Assembly (NCBI GenBank): GCA_963724295.1
Contig: CAVRUC010000010.1
Location: forward strand, 64,001-128,000
Source of the DNA: an uncultured Chloroflexia bacterium
GTDB taxonomy: Bacteria > Chloroflexota > Chloroflexia > Thermomicrobiales > UBA6265
Reading direction: 5' to 3'
DNA length: 64,000 nt
Part shown: piece after piece, positions 9,035 to 18,689 of the stretch
How the letters are laid out: each line of letters starts with the position of its first letter
Position numbering within the stretch: position 1 is the first letter of the stretch
Translations under genes and position numbers: made by a program
The notes under the pieces: generated by a model
What the model was told of the DNA's origin: nothing
The model's input: only the letters and a program-made list of their open reading frames with translations
Database searches by the model: none

Positions 9035-10687
9035 ATGACGCGCCGCGTGAGTCAGAAACCAGAGAACGGGAACAATCGCGAGCCGGAATCTCGCCACGGC
9101 CTCACCTCGCCTGCCATCACCCCATCACCCATCACCCAACACCCATCACCCATCGTCGAGATGCGCGGCATCAGCAAGCGCTTCGGACCGGTCGTGGCTA
9201 ACGATCGTATTTCGCTCGACCTGTGGCCCGGTGAGATCCATGCCGTTCTCGGCGAGAACGGGGCCGGCAAGACCACGCTCATGAACGTTCTCGCCGGCAT
9301 GTACCAGCCCGATTCCGGGACGATCCGCATCGCCGGCCAGGAGGTACGCATCACGTCTCCGGCAGACGCGCTGCACCGCGGCATCGGTACCGTCTATCAG
9401 CACTTCACCCTGGTGCCGAATCTCTCCATCCTGGAGAACGTGGTGCTCGGCGAAAACGGGTTCCTGGTCGATCTCGGCGCCGCCGAAGGCAAGGTAGCGT
9501 CGCTGCTCGCCGACTTCGGGCTCGACGTCTCACCCCACACCGAGATCCGGCACCTGGCCCTGGGTCAGCGCCAGCGCGTCGAGATCATCAAGGTTCTGGT
9601 CCGGGGCTCCCGCGTGCTCCTCCTCGACGAGCCGACCTCCGTGCTCACCCCAGGCGAGGTGACGTCGCTGCTCGACCTGTTGCGTCGCCTGCGTGACCAG
9701 GGTATCGCCGTGGTCCTCATCACCCACAAGCTCGGTGAGGCACTGGCGGTAAGCGACCGTGTCACTATCTTGCGCAGCGGGCGCAACGCCGGTGAGCTGG
9801 GACCCGACGTCATGTCCGGGGCGAACCGGGAGAGCGTGCGCCAGCGCATCGTCGAGCAAATGTTCGGTGGCTCCCAGCCCGCGGAGACGCGTCTGTCCGA
9901 CCGCCACCAGAGCGGCGAAGCCCTGCTCTCGCTGCGCGGCATCTCGACGCTGGGAGACCGCGGCGCCCCGGCGCTGCATGACCTCTCGCTCGATCTGCAC
10001 CGCGGTGAGGTCTTCGGGATCGCCGGAGTCGACGGCAATGGCCAGAAGGAGCTGGGCGAGGTCATTGCCGGTCAGCGGCAGGTCACCTCTGGTCAGGTGA
10101 TTTTCGACGGCGTCGACATCACCAACCGCGGCGTCGCGGCCGCGACACGGATCGGGATCGGCTACGTCACTGACGACCGCCTGGTTGAAGGCTCAGTGGC
10201 GGGCTCCAGCATCACCGACAACATCGCGCTGAAGTCGATTGGCCGCAGGCCGTTCTCCAACGGCTTTTGGCTGAACCGGCGGGCGATGGAGGCCCACGCG
10301 CGCCGTCTGATCGCCGACTTCGACGTCAAGACACCCGGTCCGGATACCGCGATCGGGATGCTCTCAGGGGGCAACATCCAGAAGCTGTTGCTGGCCCGCG
10401 AGCTGGCGCTCGATCCGATGCTGCTCGTCTCCAACAAGCCGACGACCGGACTCGATTTGAGAACTGCCCGCTTCGTGCTGCAGTCCCTGCGCCGGCAAGC
10501 CGACGCCGGCAAGGTCGTGGTCCTGATCTCGTCGGAGCTCGATGAACTGATGGAGGTCAGCGACCGCATCGGCGTGATGTACAACGGGCACCTGGTGGCT
10601 GTCATGCCGCGCGCCGAGGCGGATCTGGAGCTCCTCGGCGACCTCATGCTGGGCGGAGCGAGACGCCCGCGACGGGTACCAGCGTGA
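9035..10687 (+). CDS. ABC transporter ATP-binding protein, CUT2/nucleoside type (two NBDs)
   Basis: GENGAGKTT, LLLDEPT, LSGGNIQK, ISSELDE. The true start may be downstream, near 9160. Confidence 0.92.
   Translation: MTRRVSQKPENGNNREPESRHGLTSPAITPSPITQHPSPIVEMRGISKRFGPVVANDRISLDLWPGEIHAVLGENGAGKTTLMNVLAGMYQPDSGTIRIAGQEVRITSPADALHRGIGTVYQHFTLVPNLSILENVVLGENGFLVDLGAAEGKVASLLADFGLDVSPHTEIRHLALGQRQRVEIIKVLVRGSRVLLLDEPTSVLTPGEVTSLLDLLRRLRDQGIAVVLITHKLGEALAVSDRVTILRSGRNAGELGPDVMSGANRESVRQRIVEQMFGGSQPAETRLSDRHQSGEALLSLRGISTLGDRGAPALHDLSLDLHRGEVFGIAGVDGNGQKELGEVIAGQRQVTSGQVIFDGVDITNRGVAAATRIGIGYVTDDRLVEGSVAGSSITDNIALKSIGRRPFSNGFWLNRRAMEAHARRLIADFDVKTPGPDTAIGMLSGGNIQKLLLARELALDPMLLVSNKPTTGLDLRTARFVLQSLRRQADAGKVVVLISSELDELMEVSDRIGVMYNGHLVAVMPRAEADLELLGDLMLGGARRPRRVPA
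9115..9154 (+). repeat. Heptamer tandem repeat (CCCATCA)n at the 5' end of the ABC ATPase gene
   Basis: ccatcaccccatcacccatcacccaacacccatcacccatc. Confidence 0.7.
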
Positions 10688-11835
10688 TCCGGCCGGGATC
10701 GGTCCCGTCCCGCTTCACGCCGTTGCTGACGTCGCTCGCCGCCATCGCGGCGGCGCTGATCCTGGGCGGGATGTTCCTGGCATTGCGCGGCAAGGACCCC
10801 ATCGCCGCCTACGGCATGCTGATCAGCCGGGGGCTCGGTACGTCGTATGGCATCACAGAAACGCTGATTCGGATGGCGCCCTTGCTGATCGTCAGCGCGG
10901 GACTGCTCATCTCGCTCCGCGCTGGTGTCTGGAACATCGGTATCGACGGCCAGCTGATGGTCGGCGCCCTCTTCGCGGGGGTGGCGGCGGCGGCGGTTGC
11001 CGGGCAGGTCGCGAGCCCGGTGATGTGGGTAGTGGCGGCGCTGGCCGGGATGACTGGTGGGTTGCTCTGGGCGCTCGTCCCCGGCATTCTGCGCGTGCGC
11101 TGGGGTCTCAACGAGATCATCACCACGTTGATGATGAATTATGTCGCTCTCAACGTGACCTCCTGGCTGGTGAAGGGACCCGTCAAGGACCCGGACGTCG
11201 TCCCGCCGCAGACCGTCCTGATCCCCCGCGAGCTGCGTCTGCCGGCGATCCCCGGCACCACCGTCCACATCGGCCTGCTCGTGGGACTCATCGTGGTGCT
11301 GGTGGTGACTGTCCTCTTTCGCCACACGGTGATCGGCTTCATGCTCGACGTCCTGGGCCGAAATCGCCTCGCGGCCATCCACGCCGGTATGCCGGTCAAT
11401 CGTCTGACGCTGGTCGCGCTGCTGGCCAGCGGCGCCCTGGCCGGGCTGGCCGGAGCGAACGACATCCTGGGCGTAAAGGGGTTGTTCCAAGGCAACTGGA
11501 ACCCGGGATACGGCTTTGCCGCGTTCGCTCTCGTCTATCTCGCCCGGTTGAACAGTCTCTGGATCATCCCCTTCGCCTATTTCCTCTCCTTCCTGGCCAT
11601 CGGTGGCGAGATGATGGCGCGGCCGATGGGGATACCGACTTACTTCGTCGAGATGCTCGAGGGACTGATGCTGATCTGCTTCGCGGTCGCTACTTATGTC
11701 GAGCGGATGCGCTCTCCGTTCGCCCGCGCGGAAGAGGTGGAGACCGGTCCGGCCAACGCCGGCGAACCGCCTGGCCCGCTGTTAGGTGAGGGGCTGCTCG
11801 AGCCGGTCGCGCAGTCGTCCGGAGGTCAGCCGTGA
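10684..11835 (+). CDS. ABC transporter permease (nucleoside/BMP type)
   Basis: WNIGIDGQ, NEIITTLMMNY, GYGFAAFALVYLARLN; multiple TM helices. Confidence 0.92.
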   Translation: MIRPGSVPSRFTPLLTSLAAIAAALILGGMFLALRGKDPIAAYGMLISRGLGTSYGITETLIRMAPLLIVSAGLLISLRAGVWNIGIDGQLMVGALFAGVAAAAVAGQVASPVMWVVAALAGMTGGLLWALVPGILRVRWGLNEIITTLMMNYVALNVTSWLVKGPVKDPDVVPPQTVLIPRELRLPAIPGTTVHIGLLVGLIVVLVVTVLFRHTVIGFMLDVLGRNRLAAIHAGMPVNRLTLVALLASGALAGLAGANDILGVKGLFQGNWNPGYGFAAFALVYLARLNSLWIIPFAYFLSFLAIGGEMMARPMGIPTYFVEMLEGLMLICFAVATYVERMRSPFARAEEVETGPANAGEPPGPLLGEGLLEPVAQSSGGQP

Positions 11836-12777
11836 CCATCGGCGGCATTCCCCTGGTCGCCTTCGTCACCGCCATGCTGGCCGCGGGTCTGGTGGCCGCC
11901 GCGCCACTAGTGATGGCGGCGCTCGGCGAGGCCGTGGGGGAGAAGTCGGGGCTGCTCAACCTCGGTATCGAGGGGATGATGCTCTGTGGAGCCTTCTTCG
12001 GCTTCTACGCCGCTTACCAGACCGGCGCCGCCGTCTGGGGCGTCGTGGCGGGGATTGCCGCCGGGTTGGCGCTCGGGTTGTTGTTCGCAATCCTGACAGT
12101 TTCCTTGCGCGTCGATCAGGTTCTTGTCGGGCTGGCGATCACCATTTTTGGCGCGGGTCTGACCGCGTTCCTCTACCGGGATATCTTCGGCGGGCAGAAC
12201 CCCTCCCTCAGTGTCGACACACCACGCCTGGCGATCCCGGTGTTGAGTCGAATCCCAATCGTCGGAGATGCGATGTTCAATCAGAGCGTGTTCTTCTATC
12301 TGGCCTTTGCGCTGGTGCCGGTGTTCGCGTTTCTGCTGGCCCGGACGCGCTTCGGCCTCCAAGTGCGCGCTGTGGGTGAGCATCCGTTCGCCGCGGACGC
12401 CGCGGGTGTCGACGTCGCCCGCACACGTTATATCGCCGCCCTGATCGCGGGCGCTATGGCAGGTCTCGCCGGGGCATTTCTCTCGGTGGCGGACTTGAAG
12501 ATCTTCCAGGTCGGGATGACGGTCGGGACGGGGTTCATCGCCCTTGCGTTGACGATGGTCGGCGGCTGGAATCCGTATCGTATCCTGCTGGCCTCGGTAC
12601 TCTTCGGTCTCCTGCGCTCGCTCGGAAACGGTTTGCAAATTCTTGGCATCGACGTCCGCACCGAGTTCATCACCATGCTTCCCTACATCGGGATCATGGT
12701 CGCATCTGGCGCTACTTGCTGGACGAACCTCGCTCCCGGCGGCTCTCGGGGTGCCCTATGCCCGCGGCCGTCGCTGA
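11832..12777 (+). CDS. ABC transporter permease (1-nt frameshift near 12705)
   Basis: EKSGLLNLGIEGMM, RAVGEHPFAA, GFIALA. Removing one base near 12705 restores the canonical end ALLAGRTSLPAALGVPYARGRR* at 12777. Confidence 0.88.
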
Positions 12778-12919
12778 CCTGCTCGAGCATCATGGGTGAC
12801 GAAGGAGGTGAACCCCGCAGCGAGATGCACGGCAACACAACAAGACGGCACGTCGTGAGCCGTCAGTCGGCAGAGGCACGGCATAGCGAAGCGTCCGTGC
12901 CCGTACAAGGAGAGAACGC

Positions 12920-14002
12920 ATGAACCGACACCGCGTACGTGTGGGACTGATCGCGGCCGTCGCGCTGATTGCGCAGACGGTTCTCGCCGGGCCAATCGCG
13001 GCCCAGGACGCAACGCCGGCGGCCTCGCCCGGCGCCGGCGTGACGGTCGAGCAGATCGCTGTCGTCACCCCAGGCTCGCGCACCAACCAGGGCTGGGATC
13101 AACAGGGAGCCGACGCCGCCGATCAGGTTGCGGAAACGCTGGGCATTGAAAGCATCGTAGCCGAGAACGCCGGCTATGAGGACATCACGCCGATTCTGCG
13201 AGACTTGGCCGCCAGTGGCGCGGATCTGATTTCCTGTCATGCCAGCGGTTATCAGACCGTTTGCGCTGAGTTTGCCGCCGAGGCGAACGTGCCGGTGGCG
13301 GTGACTGAGCTACAGAGCGCCATCGTGCCGGGTCTCGTCTCCTCCATCGACCCCCTGGCCCACGAGGCCGCCTATTTGGCCGGCGTGCTGGCCGGAGAGG
13401 TGACCGAGACCGGCACCGTCGGCGTCGTCGTCTCGGGTGAGCCGCCGACTTGGAACTACATGACGGTCGGCTTCGCCGAGGGGCTGAAGGCGACCAATCC
13501 CGACGCCCAGTTGCTCTACAGCGTGATCGGCGAGGCCGCCTATGACGACGCCGCCGGCGCGAAGCGGGTGACCGAGCAGCAACTCGCCGCCAACGCCGAC
13601 GTCATCTTCGGAATGGGTGACGGCGCTTCCTTCGGCATGATCCAGGCCATCGAAGAGCATAACGCCCAGGATGGAGCCACCAGGGCCTGGTTCATCGACG
13701 TCATCGGCGACAAGACCGCCGAGCACGGCGATGTATTGCTGAGCTCAGTCCTCTTCGACTACAGCGGTGTCTACGAGCAGATGATCGAGGATCTTGCCGC
13801 TGGCACGTTCGGCAAGAGCTACGTCATGAACGTCGAGAATGAGGGCGTCCGTCTCCTCGAACCGCCTGAGGAGATCTCACAAGAGGCGAAGGACGCGGTC
13901 GCCGCAGCACAGGAGCAGATCGTCGGCGGTGAGATCGAGGTGCCGGCGGTCGGCGATGCGGCGGAGATGCAGGCGAGACTGGCTGAGCTCTTCCCGCAGT
14001 AG
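12920..14002 (+). CDS. BMP-family ABC substrate-binding protein
   Basis: Signal peptide ending AAQDATPAASP; NQGWDQQG, EAAYLAGVLAG, GFAEG, ADVIF. AGGAG RBS. Confidence 0.88.
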   Translation: MNRHRVRVGLIAAVALIAQTVLAGPIAAQDATPAASPGAGVTVEQIAVVTPGSRTNQGWDQQGADAADQVAETLGIESIVAENAGYEDITPILRDLAASGADLISCHASGYQTVCAEFAAEANVPVAVTELQSAIVPGLVSSIDPLAHEAAYLAGVLAGEVTETGTVGVVVSGEPPTWNYMTVGFAEGLKATNPDAQLLYSVIGEAAYDDAAGAKRVTEQQLAANADVIFGMGDGASFGMIQAIEEHNAQDGATRAWFIDVIGDKTAEHGDVLLSSVLFDYSGVYEQMIEDLAAGTFGKSYVMNVENEGVRLLEPPEEISQEAKDAVAAAQEQIVGGEIEVPAVGDAAEMQARLAELFPQ

Positions 14003-14011
14003 TTGCGCTCA

Positions 14012-14092
14012 CTCCCTATCCCCTCGTCCAACGCAATGGGCGAGGGGTGGGCCCCTCTCCCTTTTGCGAAGGGAGAGGGGTTGAGATGAAGG
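14012..14092. repeat. Double-hairpin CCCTCTCCC/GGGAGAGGG REP-like element
   Basis: Stems CCCCTCGTCCA/TGGGCGAGGGG (14020-14047) and CCCCTCTCCCTT/AAGGGAGAGGGG (14052-14080). A related element lies at 34758-34880. Confidence 0.65.
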
Positions 14093-14099
14093 TCAGAAC

Positions 14100-15302
14100 G
14101 TGGAGGTGGCGATGACAACACGGACAACCTGGCCGAGGTTGAATCTGGCCGCCGGCCCGGTGCAGGTCACCGAGCAGACGCTGCGTGACGCGGCGCGGCC
14201 GATCCTCTACCACTACGATCCGGCCTTCATCGAGCTCTTTGCCCGCACCAGCGGACTCCTGCAAGATGTGTTTCGCACGAAATATGACGTGGTCATCATG
14301 CAGGGCGAGGCCATCCTCGGACTCGAGGCCGCTGCCGCCGGTCTCCTCTCGCCGGGGGACAAGGTGCTCAATCTCGTCTCCGGGGTCTTCGGCAAGTGGT
14401 TCGAGGACTTTATTCACAAGTACGGCGGCGAGACGATCGAACTGGCTGTCCCGTACAACGACGCGATCGATCCCGAAGACGTCCGCCGGGCGCTTCATGC
14501 CAACCCGGGCGTGAAGTACCTCTCGGTCGTCCACTCCGAGACACCGTCCGGCACCCACAACCCGGTGCAGGCGATCGGCGCCGTCGCTCACGAGTTCGGC
14601 GTGTTGACGATGGTCGATACCGTCTCCGGCCTCGGAGCAGAGCTGCTCAGCCCCGAAGACTGGTGTATGGACATCGCTATCGCTGGTCCTCAGAAGTGCC
14701 TGGGGGGGACACCCGGGCTCTCATTGATGACGATCAGCCCGGCGGCCTGGGAGGCGCTGGAGGCGCGGCAGCCGGAGCCGTTACGGGCCAGCTTCCTCTC
14801 CATTCTGGACTGGAAGAGTGCCTGGCTGGAGGGCAAGCGATTCCCCTACACGCCATCCGTCAGCGAGATGTACAGCCTGGAATCAGTACTGGATCAGACC
14901 CTGGCGGTCGGTATGGAGCGGTTCGTCGACCGCCAGCAAGCCATTGCCCGCGCCTGCCGGGAAGGCGTCAAGGCCCTCGGGCTCGAACTCTGGCCGGCGC
15001 GGGAAGAGATCGCGGCGGCCTGTGTCACCGCGGTCCGTGTGCCCGACGGTATCGACGACGCGAAGCTGCGCGGGACGATGCGCCATCGCTACGGCGTGAT
15101 GATCTCGCCGGGGTATGGCGAGCTTCAGGGCCAGCTCTTCCGGCTCGGACATATGGGACCGGCTCAGGCACACCCGACCGTTCTCGCCGCGCAGCTCGCC
15201 GTCCTGGAGCGGTCGCTAGCCGACCTTGGTTATCCGGTTCAGCTTGGCACAGGAGTCGGCGCGGCCATGGCCGCGCTGGATGAATGGGACGACGAAGGGT
15301 GA
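14100..15302 (+). CDS. ppaT: Pyridoxamine-pyruvate aminotransferase (class V aminotransferase)
   Basis: LAAGPV, LYHYDPAF, GEAILGLEAAAA, VPYNDAIDP, HSETPSGT, GPQKCLG, RASFLSILDW, FPYTPSVSE, RLGHMGP follow the M. loti PPAT sequence as recalled. Likely start is ATG 14112. Confidence 0.85.
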   Translation: MEVAMTTRTTWPRLNLAAGPVQVTEQTLRDAARPILYHYDPAFIELFARTSGLLQDVFRTKYDVVIMQGEAILGLEAAAAGLLSPGDKVLNLVSGVFGKWFEDFIHKYGGETIELAVPYNDAIDPEDVRRALHANPGVKYLSVVHSETPSGTHNPVQAIGAVAHEFGVLTMVDTVSGLGAELLSPEDWCMDIAIAGPQKCLGGTPGLSLMTISPAAWEALEARQPEPLRASFLSILDWKSAWLEGKRFPYTPSVSEMYSLESVLDQTLAVGMERFVDRQQAIARACREGVKALGLELWPAREEIAAACVTAVRVPDGIDDAKLRGTMRHRYGVMISPGYGELQGQLFRLGHMGPAQAHPTVLAAQLAVLERSLADLGYPVQLGTGVGAAMAALDEWDDEG

Positions 15303-15316
15303 AGGGGGGAGCGTAG

Positions 15317-16060
15317 ATGCCAATTTCGGCCAAGGACAAGGCGGTGATCGTCACCGGCGGCGCGGGCGAGATGGGAAGCTCGATCGCGCGCCGGTTGGTC
15401 GACGAGGGCGCGAAGGTCGTCATCGCCGACATCGTCGATGGTTCCGCGCTCGCGGATGAGTTGGGCCGGAATGGGGACGCCATCTACGTCAAGACTGACG
15501 TGACGTCAGAAGAGTCAACAGAAGCGATGGCGCGGGCCGCCGTCGACGCGTACGGTCGCATCGACGCCCTGGTCAACAACGCCGGTTTGTTCACCGCCAA
15601 ACCCTGGGACGAGCTCACCCTCGCCGACTGGCGGGAGCGATTTGCGGTCAACGTCGAAGGCACGTTTCTCGCCGCCAAGGCAGTGGTCCCGGCAATGACC
15701 GAGCAGGGGCGCGGCAGGATCATCAATATCGGCTCCGACACAGTCTGGATGGGAACGCCCGGGTTCGCCCACTACGTGGCGAGCAAAGGCGCGGTACTGG
15801 CCTTCACCCGTGCCATCGCCACCGAGCTTGGTCCGCGCGGTATCACCAGCGTCTACGTGACGCCGACGCTCCTGGAGACGCCCGGCACCCGCTCGGCATT
15901 CCCGCAGGGCCACTTCGACTTCGTGCTCAGTCACACACCGCTCGGGCGTTTCGAGAAACCGGAAGACGTCAACGGGCTGATCGTCTTTCTCGTCTCCGAC
16001 GACGCGGCCTTCATCAACGGCGCGGCGATCAACATCGGGGGCGGCATCAGCATGCACTGA
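15317..16060 (+). CDS. SDR oxidoreductase; probable pyridoxal 4-dehydrogenase
   Basis: TGGAGEMG, NNAG, YVASK. GTPGFAHYVASKG, FTRAIATELG and the C-terminal His resemble M. loti pyridoxal 4-dehydrogenase. Adjacent to ppaT. Confidence 0.75.
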   Translation: MPISAKDKAVIVTGGAGEMGSSIARRLVDEGAKVVIADIVDGSALADELGRNGDAIYVKTDVTSEESTEAMARAAVDAYGRIDALVNNAGLFTAKPWDELTLADWRERFAVNVEGTFLAAKAVVPAMTEQGRGRIINIGSDTVWMGTPGFAHYVASKGAVLAFTRAIATELGPRGITSVYVTPTLLETPGTRSAFPQGHFDFVLSHTPLGRFEKPEDVNGLIVFLVSDDAAFINGAAINIGGGISMH

Positions 16061-16115
16061 TCGCAAACAGGGTGGAGAGGCACGTCGGCAGTGAACGTTT
16101 CACGAACGAGAGGAC

Positions 16116-17066
16116 ATGATGACCGAGAACTCGATTGAGAAAGTCGCCGTCGTCGGCGCCGGTACGATGGGCCCCGGCATGGCGGCGACGTTCGCCCGCA
16201 ATGGGTTCGATACCGCACTTTACGATGTGAAACCCGAGCAACTGGAGAAGGCGAGAGGTACGGTCGACTTCGTCTACACCACCCTGACCGGCGGCGGCTT
16301 CATGACCGCGGAGGACGCCGATGCGGGACGAGCGCGCATCACGGCCACGACGGATCTCGCGGCAGCGCTCGACGGTGCGAGCTTCGTTGTAGAAACGGTG
16401 CCCGAGCAGAAGGCGCTCAAGCAGCAGGTCTTCAAGGACCTCGAGGCGCAGGTCGGCGACGACGTGATCCTGGCCTCCAATACCTCCGGCATCCCGATCA
16501 CCGAGCTGGCGTCCGTCACTCGCGTGCCTGGTCGAGTCGTCGGCATGCACTGGTCGAACCCGCCGCATCTAATTCCGGTCATCGAGGTGATCCGAGGCGA
16601 GCAGACGAGCGAGGACACAGCGCAACGAACAGTCGAGCTGGTCAAGAGCATCGGCATGGTTCCGGCGATCGTCGATCGCGACGTTGCGGGATTCGTCGAG
16701 AACCGCATTCTCTACGCGATCATGCGCGAGGCGTTGCATCTTCTCGACGAGGGAGTGGCCAGCGCTGAGGCGATCGACACGATTACGAAGTGGGGCATCG
16801 GCTACAAGCTGGCCGTCATCGGGCCGCTGGAGCTCCTGGATATGGCGGGACTCGATATCTACACCAGCGTCGCCAGCTACCTGAACGCGTCACTCAATGC
16901 CTCACCGGACGTGAGCAAGACGGTGACTGACAAGGTTGCCGCCGGGAAGCTGGGCATCAAGACCCAGGGTGGGCTCTTCGACTACACCCCGGAACGGATC
17001 CAGCAGCTGCAGCAGCAGCGTGGCCGCAAGCTGGTTGCCACCCGGAAGGCGCTTGCCGACGCGTAG
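16116..17066 (+). CDS. 5-formyl-3-hydroxy-2-methylpyridine-4-carboxylate (FHMPC) dehydrogenase, 3-hydroxyacyl-CoA dehydrogenase fold
   Basis: GTMGPGMAA, TSGIPIT, GMHWSNPPH, GFVENR, WGIGYKLAVIGP, LLDMAGLDIY, RKLVA match M. loti FHMPC dehydrogenase as recalled. Confidence 0.85.
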   Translation: MMTENSIEKVAVVGAGTMGPGMAATFARNGFDTALYDVKPEQLEKARGTVDFVYTTLTGGGFMTAEDADAGRARITATTDLAAALDGASFVVETVPEQKALKQQVFKDLEAQVGDDVILASNTSGIPITELASVTRVPGRVVGMHWSNPPHLIPVIEVIRGEQTSEDTAQRTVELVKSIGMVPAIVDRDVAGFVENRILYAIMREALHLLDEGVASAEAIDTITKWGIGYKLAVIGPLELLDMAGLDIYTSVASYLNASLNASPDVSKTVTDKVAAGKLGIKTQGGLFDYTPERIQQLQQQRGRKLVATRKALADA

Positions 17067-17124
17067 ACCAGCCGCCACAACGAGGTTGACGGATATCACG
17101 GTGCGCGGGACGCTCGTGTCGCCA

Positions 17125-17740
17125 ATGGACGTCGTGGGCCGAACCCAAGGATGTCGCATTGTGGTGACTCTCGTCGCAGTCGCACAGATGTGGATTTCCA
17201 CCGGGTCCGGTCCTCGGCACTCCTGCGACTCCGACCTCCGTTGCGACGCCTAGGTGTGATGTTCCCGCGCGGACACCGGACCAGATCACCGCTCTGCTCG
17301 CCGGCCCGGAGATCGCTACGCCTGCCCCCACCACGGATGGCCAGACACTGCCGCAGGAGTTCCGGCAGACGCGCGATACGGCGGCCACGATGGAGCACAT
17401 AGTGAATCTCTGGCTGGCTTGCCAGAACGCCGGAGAGCAATTGCGCGCATGGTCGCTGTTCAGCGACGGCTACCTCTATCGGTTGCTTTCGCGCCAGGGA
17501 GAATTGTCTGGTGAAGCCTATCGAACGCTGGCGACACCGGCTCCGGTCGCCGAAGAGGTTGCGATAGTTTTGGCGATCGAAGGCGAGCGACTCCTGCCAG
17601 ACGGGCGCTACGGGGCAATGGTCACCGTCGAGTACCCGTCCGTACCGATGCCAAAACGGTTCTTCTTTTTTTTCACAGAGATCGACGGCCGCCTGCTCAT
17701 CGACGGCATCCTCGGGGAGATCTCGTTCTCCGTGCCGTGA
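17125..17740 (+). CDS. Hypothetical secreted protein (frameshift near 17210)
   Basis: Hydrophobic N-terminus from ATG 17125. After a frame change it reads GTPATPTSVATPRCDVPART...LWLACQNAGEQLRAWSLFSD, continuous with ORF 17390-17740. Confidence 0.55.
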
Positions 17741-17743
17741 AGT

Positions 17744-17835
17744 GGGTGATGGGTGGCGGGGTCGCAGGGTGGATAGGGAGATCGATTCCCCCGCCACCCT
17801 GCCACCACGAGCGCAGCGAGTAATCACCCATCACC
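17744..17835. repeat. Dispersed intergenic repeat, copy 1
   Basis: The 37-nt core TCCCCCGCCACCCTGCCACCACGAGCGCAGCGAGTAA (17787-17823) recurs at 54576-54612 with one mismatch. Flanked by GGGTCGCA/GGGTGAT units. Confidence 0.8.
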
Positions 17836-17863
17836 GTGAGCGCAGCGAACCCTCACCCACGTC

Positions 17864-18130
17864 TCAGTCCCAGCGAACTCCGCAGACCAGCGCCTGGCCC
17901 TGGTCGTCGGTCCACCGCAGCAACTCAGCCAGCTCGTCGTCATCGACGACAAACTGCGTCGCGCAGACCGGGCAGACCACGGCCTGACAGCAGTCGCCGC
18001 GAGCCTCACACCACTCCAGCACACCGCCGATAGTGTGGCAATTCCCCTCGCAGAGGTGCTGGAGAACGGCCAGGACCGCGGGACTGAGACTGTCGGTCGG
18101 TAGGGATTCAACGCGCTGGGCATCGACCAT
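17864..18130 (-). CDS. Small Cys-rich, putative Zn-binding protein (88 aa)
   Basis: GGAGGAGG RBS. MVDAQRVESL...HLCEGNCH...WCEARGDCCQAVVCPVC...VCGVRWD. Confidence 0.7.
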   Translation of the reverse strand: MVDAQRVESLPTDSLSPAVLAVLQHLCEGNCHTIGGVLEWCEARGDCCQAVVCPVCATQFVVDDDELAELLRWTDDQGQALVCGVRWD

Positions 18131-18227
18131 GCGCCACCTCCTCCGGTGAGAAATCGTCCCCGGCCTCAAAAGACAGCACGATTTGGGCCAGGGAGATGAC
18201 TCGAGCCTACATGAGAGGAGCGAAATG

Positions 18228-18530
18228 TCAAGCAGCGATCGGGTCGATCGACTCGATCTGGGCCGGATCGACGATTCCTAGCGCCACCCAGTAGGCCGCG
18301 CGGTGCTTGCATACGGGATCGTCGTGCAGCGCGGCCGGGCAGGCACAGCCGTGGACGACGCCGCCGGTGACGTCGAGCTCGTAGGCGGCCCGCTGGTTCG
18401 TACCGCTCGTCGCGATCCACCCCCCGGAGCCAACCAGCTGGCGCACTTCGACGCCTTCCTTGCGCGCCCGAGTGAGCGCTGCCCGCCATCGCTCCGGCGT
18501 CGATTCGCGGCGGGGCATCCCGACAACCAT
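18228..18530 (-). CDS. SWIM zinc-finger protein (100 aa)
   Basis: GCACPAALHDDPVCKH matches the SWIM CxCxnCxH pattern. GGAG RBS. Confidence 0.75.
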   Translation of the reverse strand: MVVGMPRRESTPERWRAALTRARKEGVEVRQLVGSGGWIATSGTNQRAAYELDVTGGVVHGCACPAALHDDPVCKHRAAYWVALGIVDPAQIESIDPIAA

Positions 18531-18590
18531 GATTTCATAACTCCATTCCAGGTTCGGCGAGAATACAGAATCGCCTGATCTAACACCGGT

Positions 18591-18599
18591 ATTATACCA
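18591..18599 (-). promoter_or_regulatory. Extended -10 promoter of the SWIM gene
   Basis: TGGTATAAT on the minus strand, about 60 nt upstream of ATG 18530. Confidence 0.55.
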
Positions 18600-18689
18600 T
18601 TTCTTTCCCACTCAGCCGTCGCCAGAACCGTAGATACGCCTCGGATCGTGAACCGCGGCTGGGAGCTATTTTCGCGGTCTGATCCTGGC

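Noticed and set aside
12778..12923. Long C-terminal extension of the second permease
   Set aside because: It is produced by the frameshift near 12705; the natural stop is at 12777.
16116..17066. Ordinary 3-hydroxybutyryl-CoA dehydrogenase
   Set aside because: HWSNPPH and WGIGYKLAVIGP, together with the context, fit FHMPC dehydrogenase. No beta-oxidation genes are nearby.
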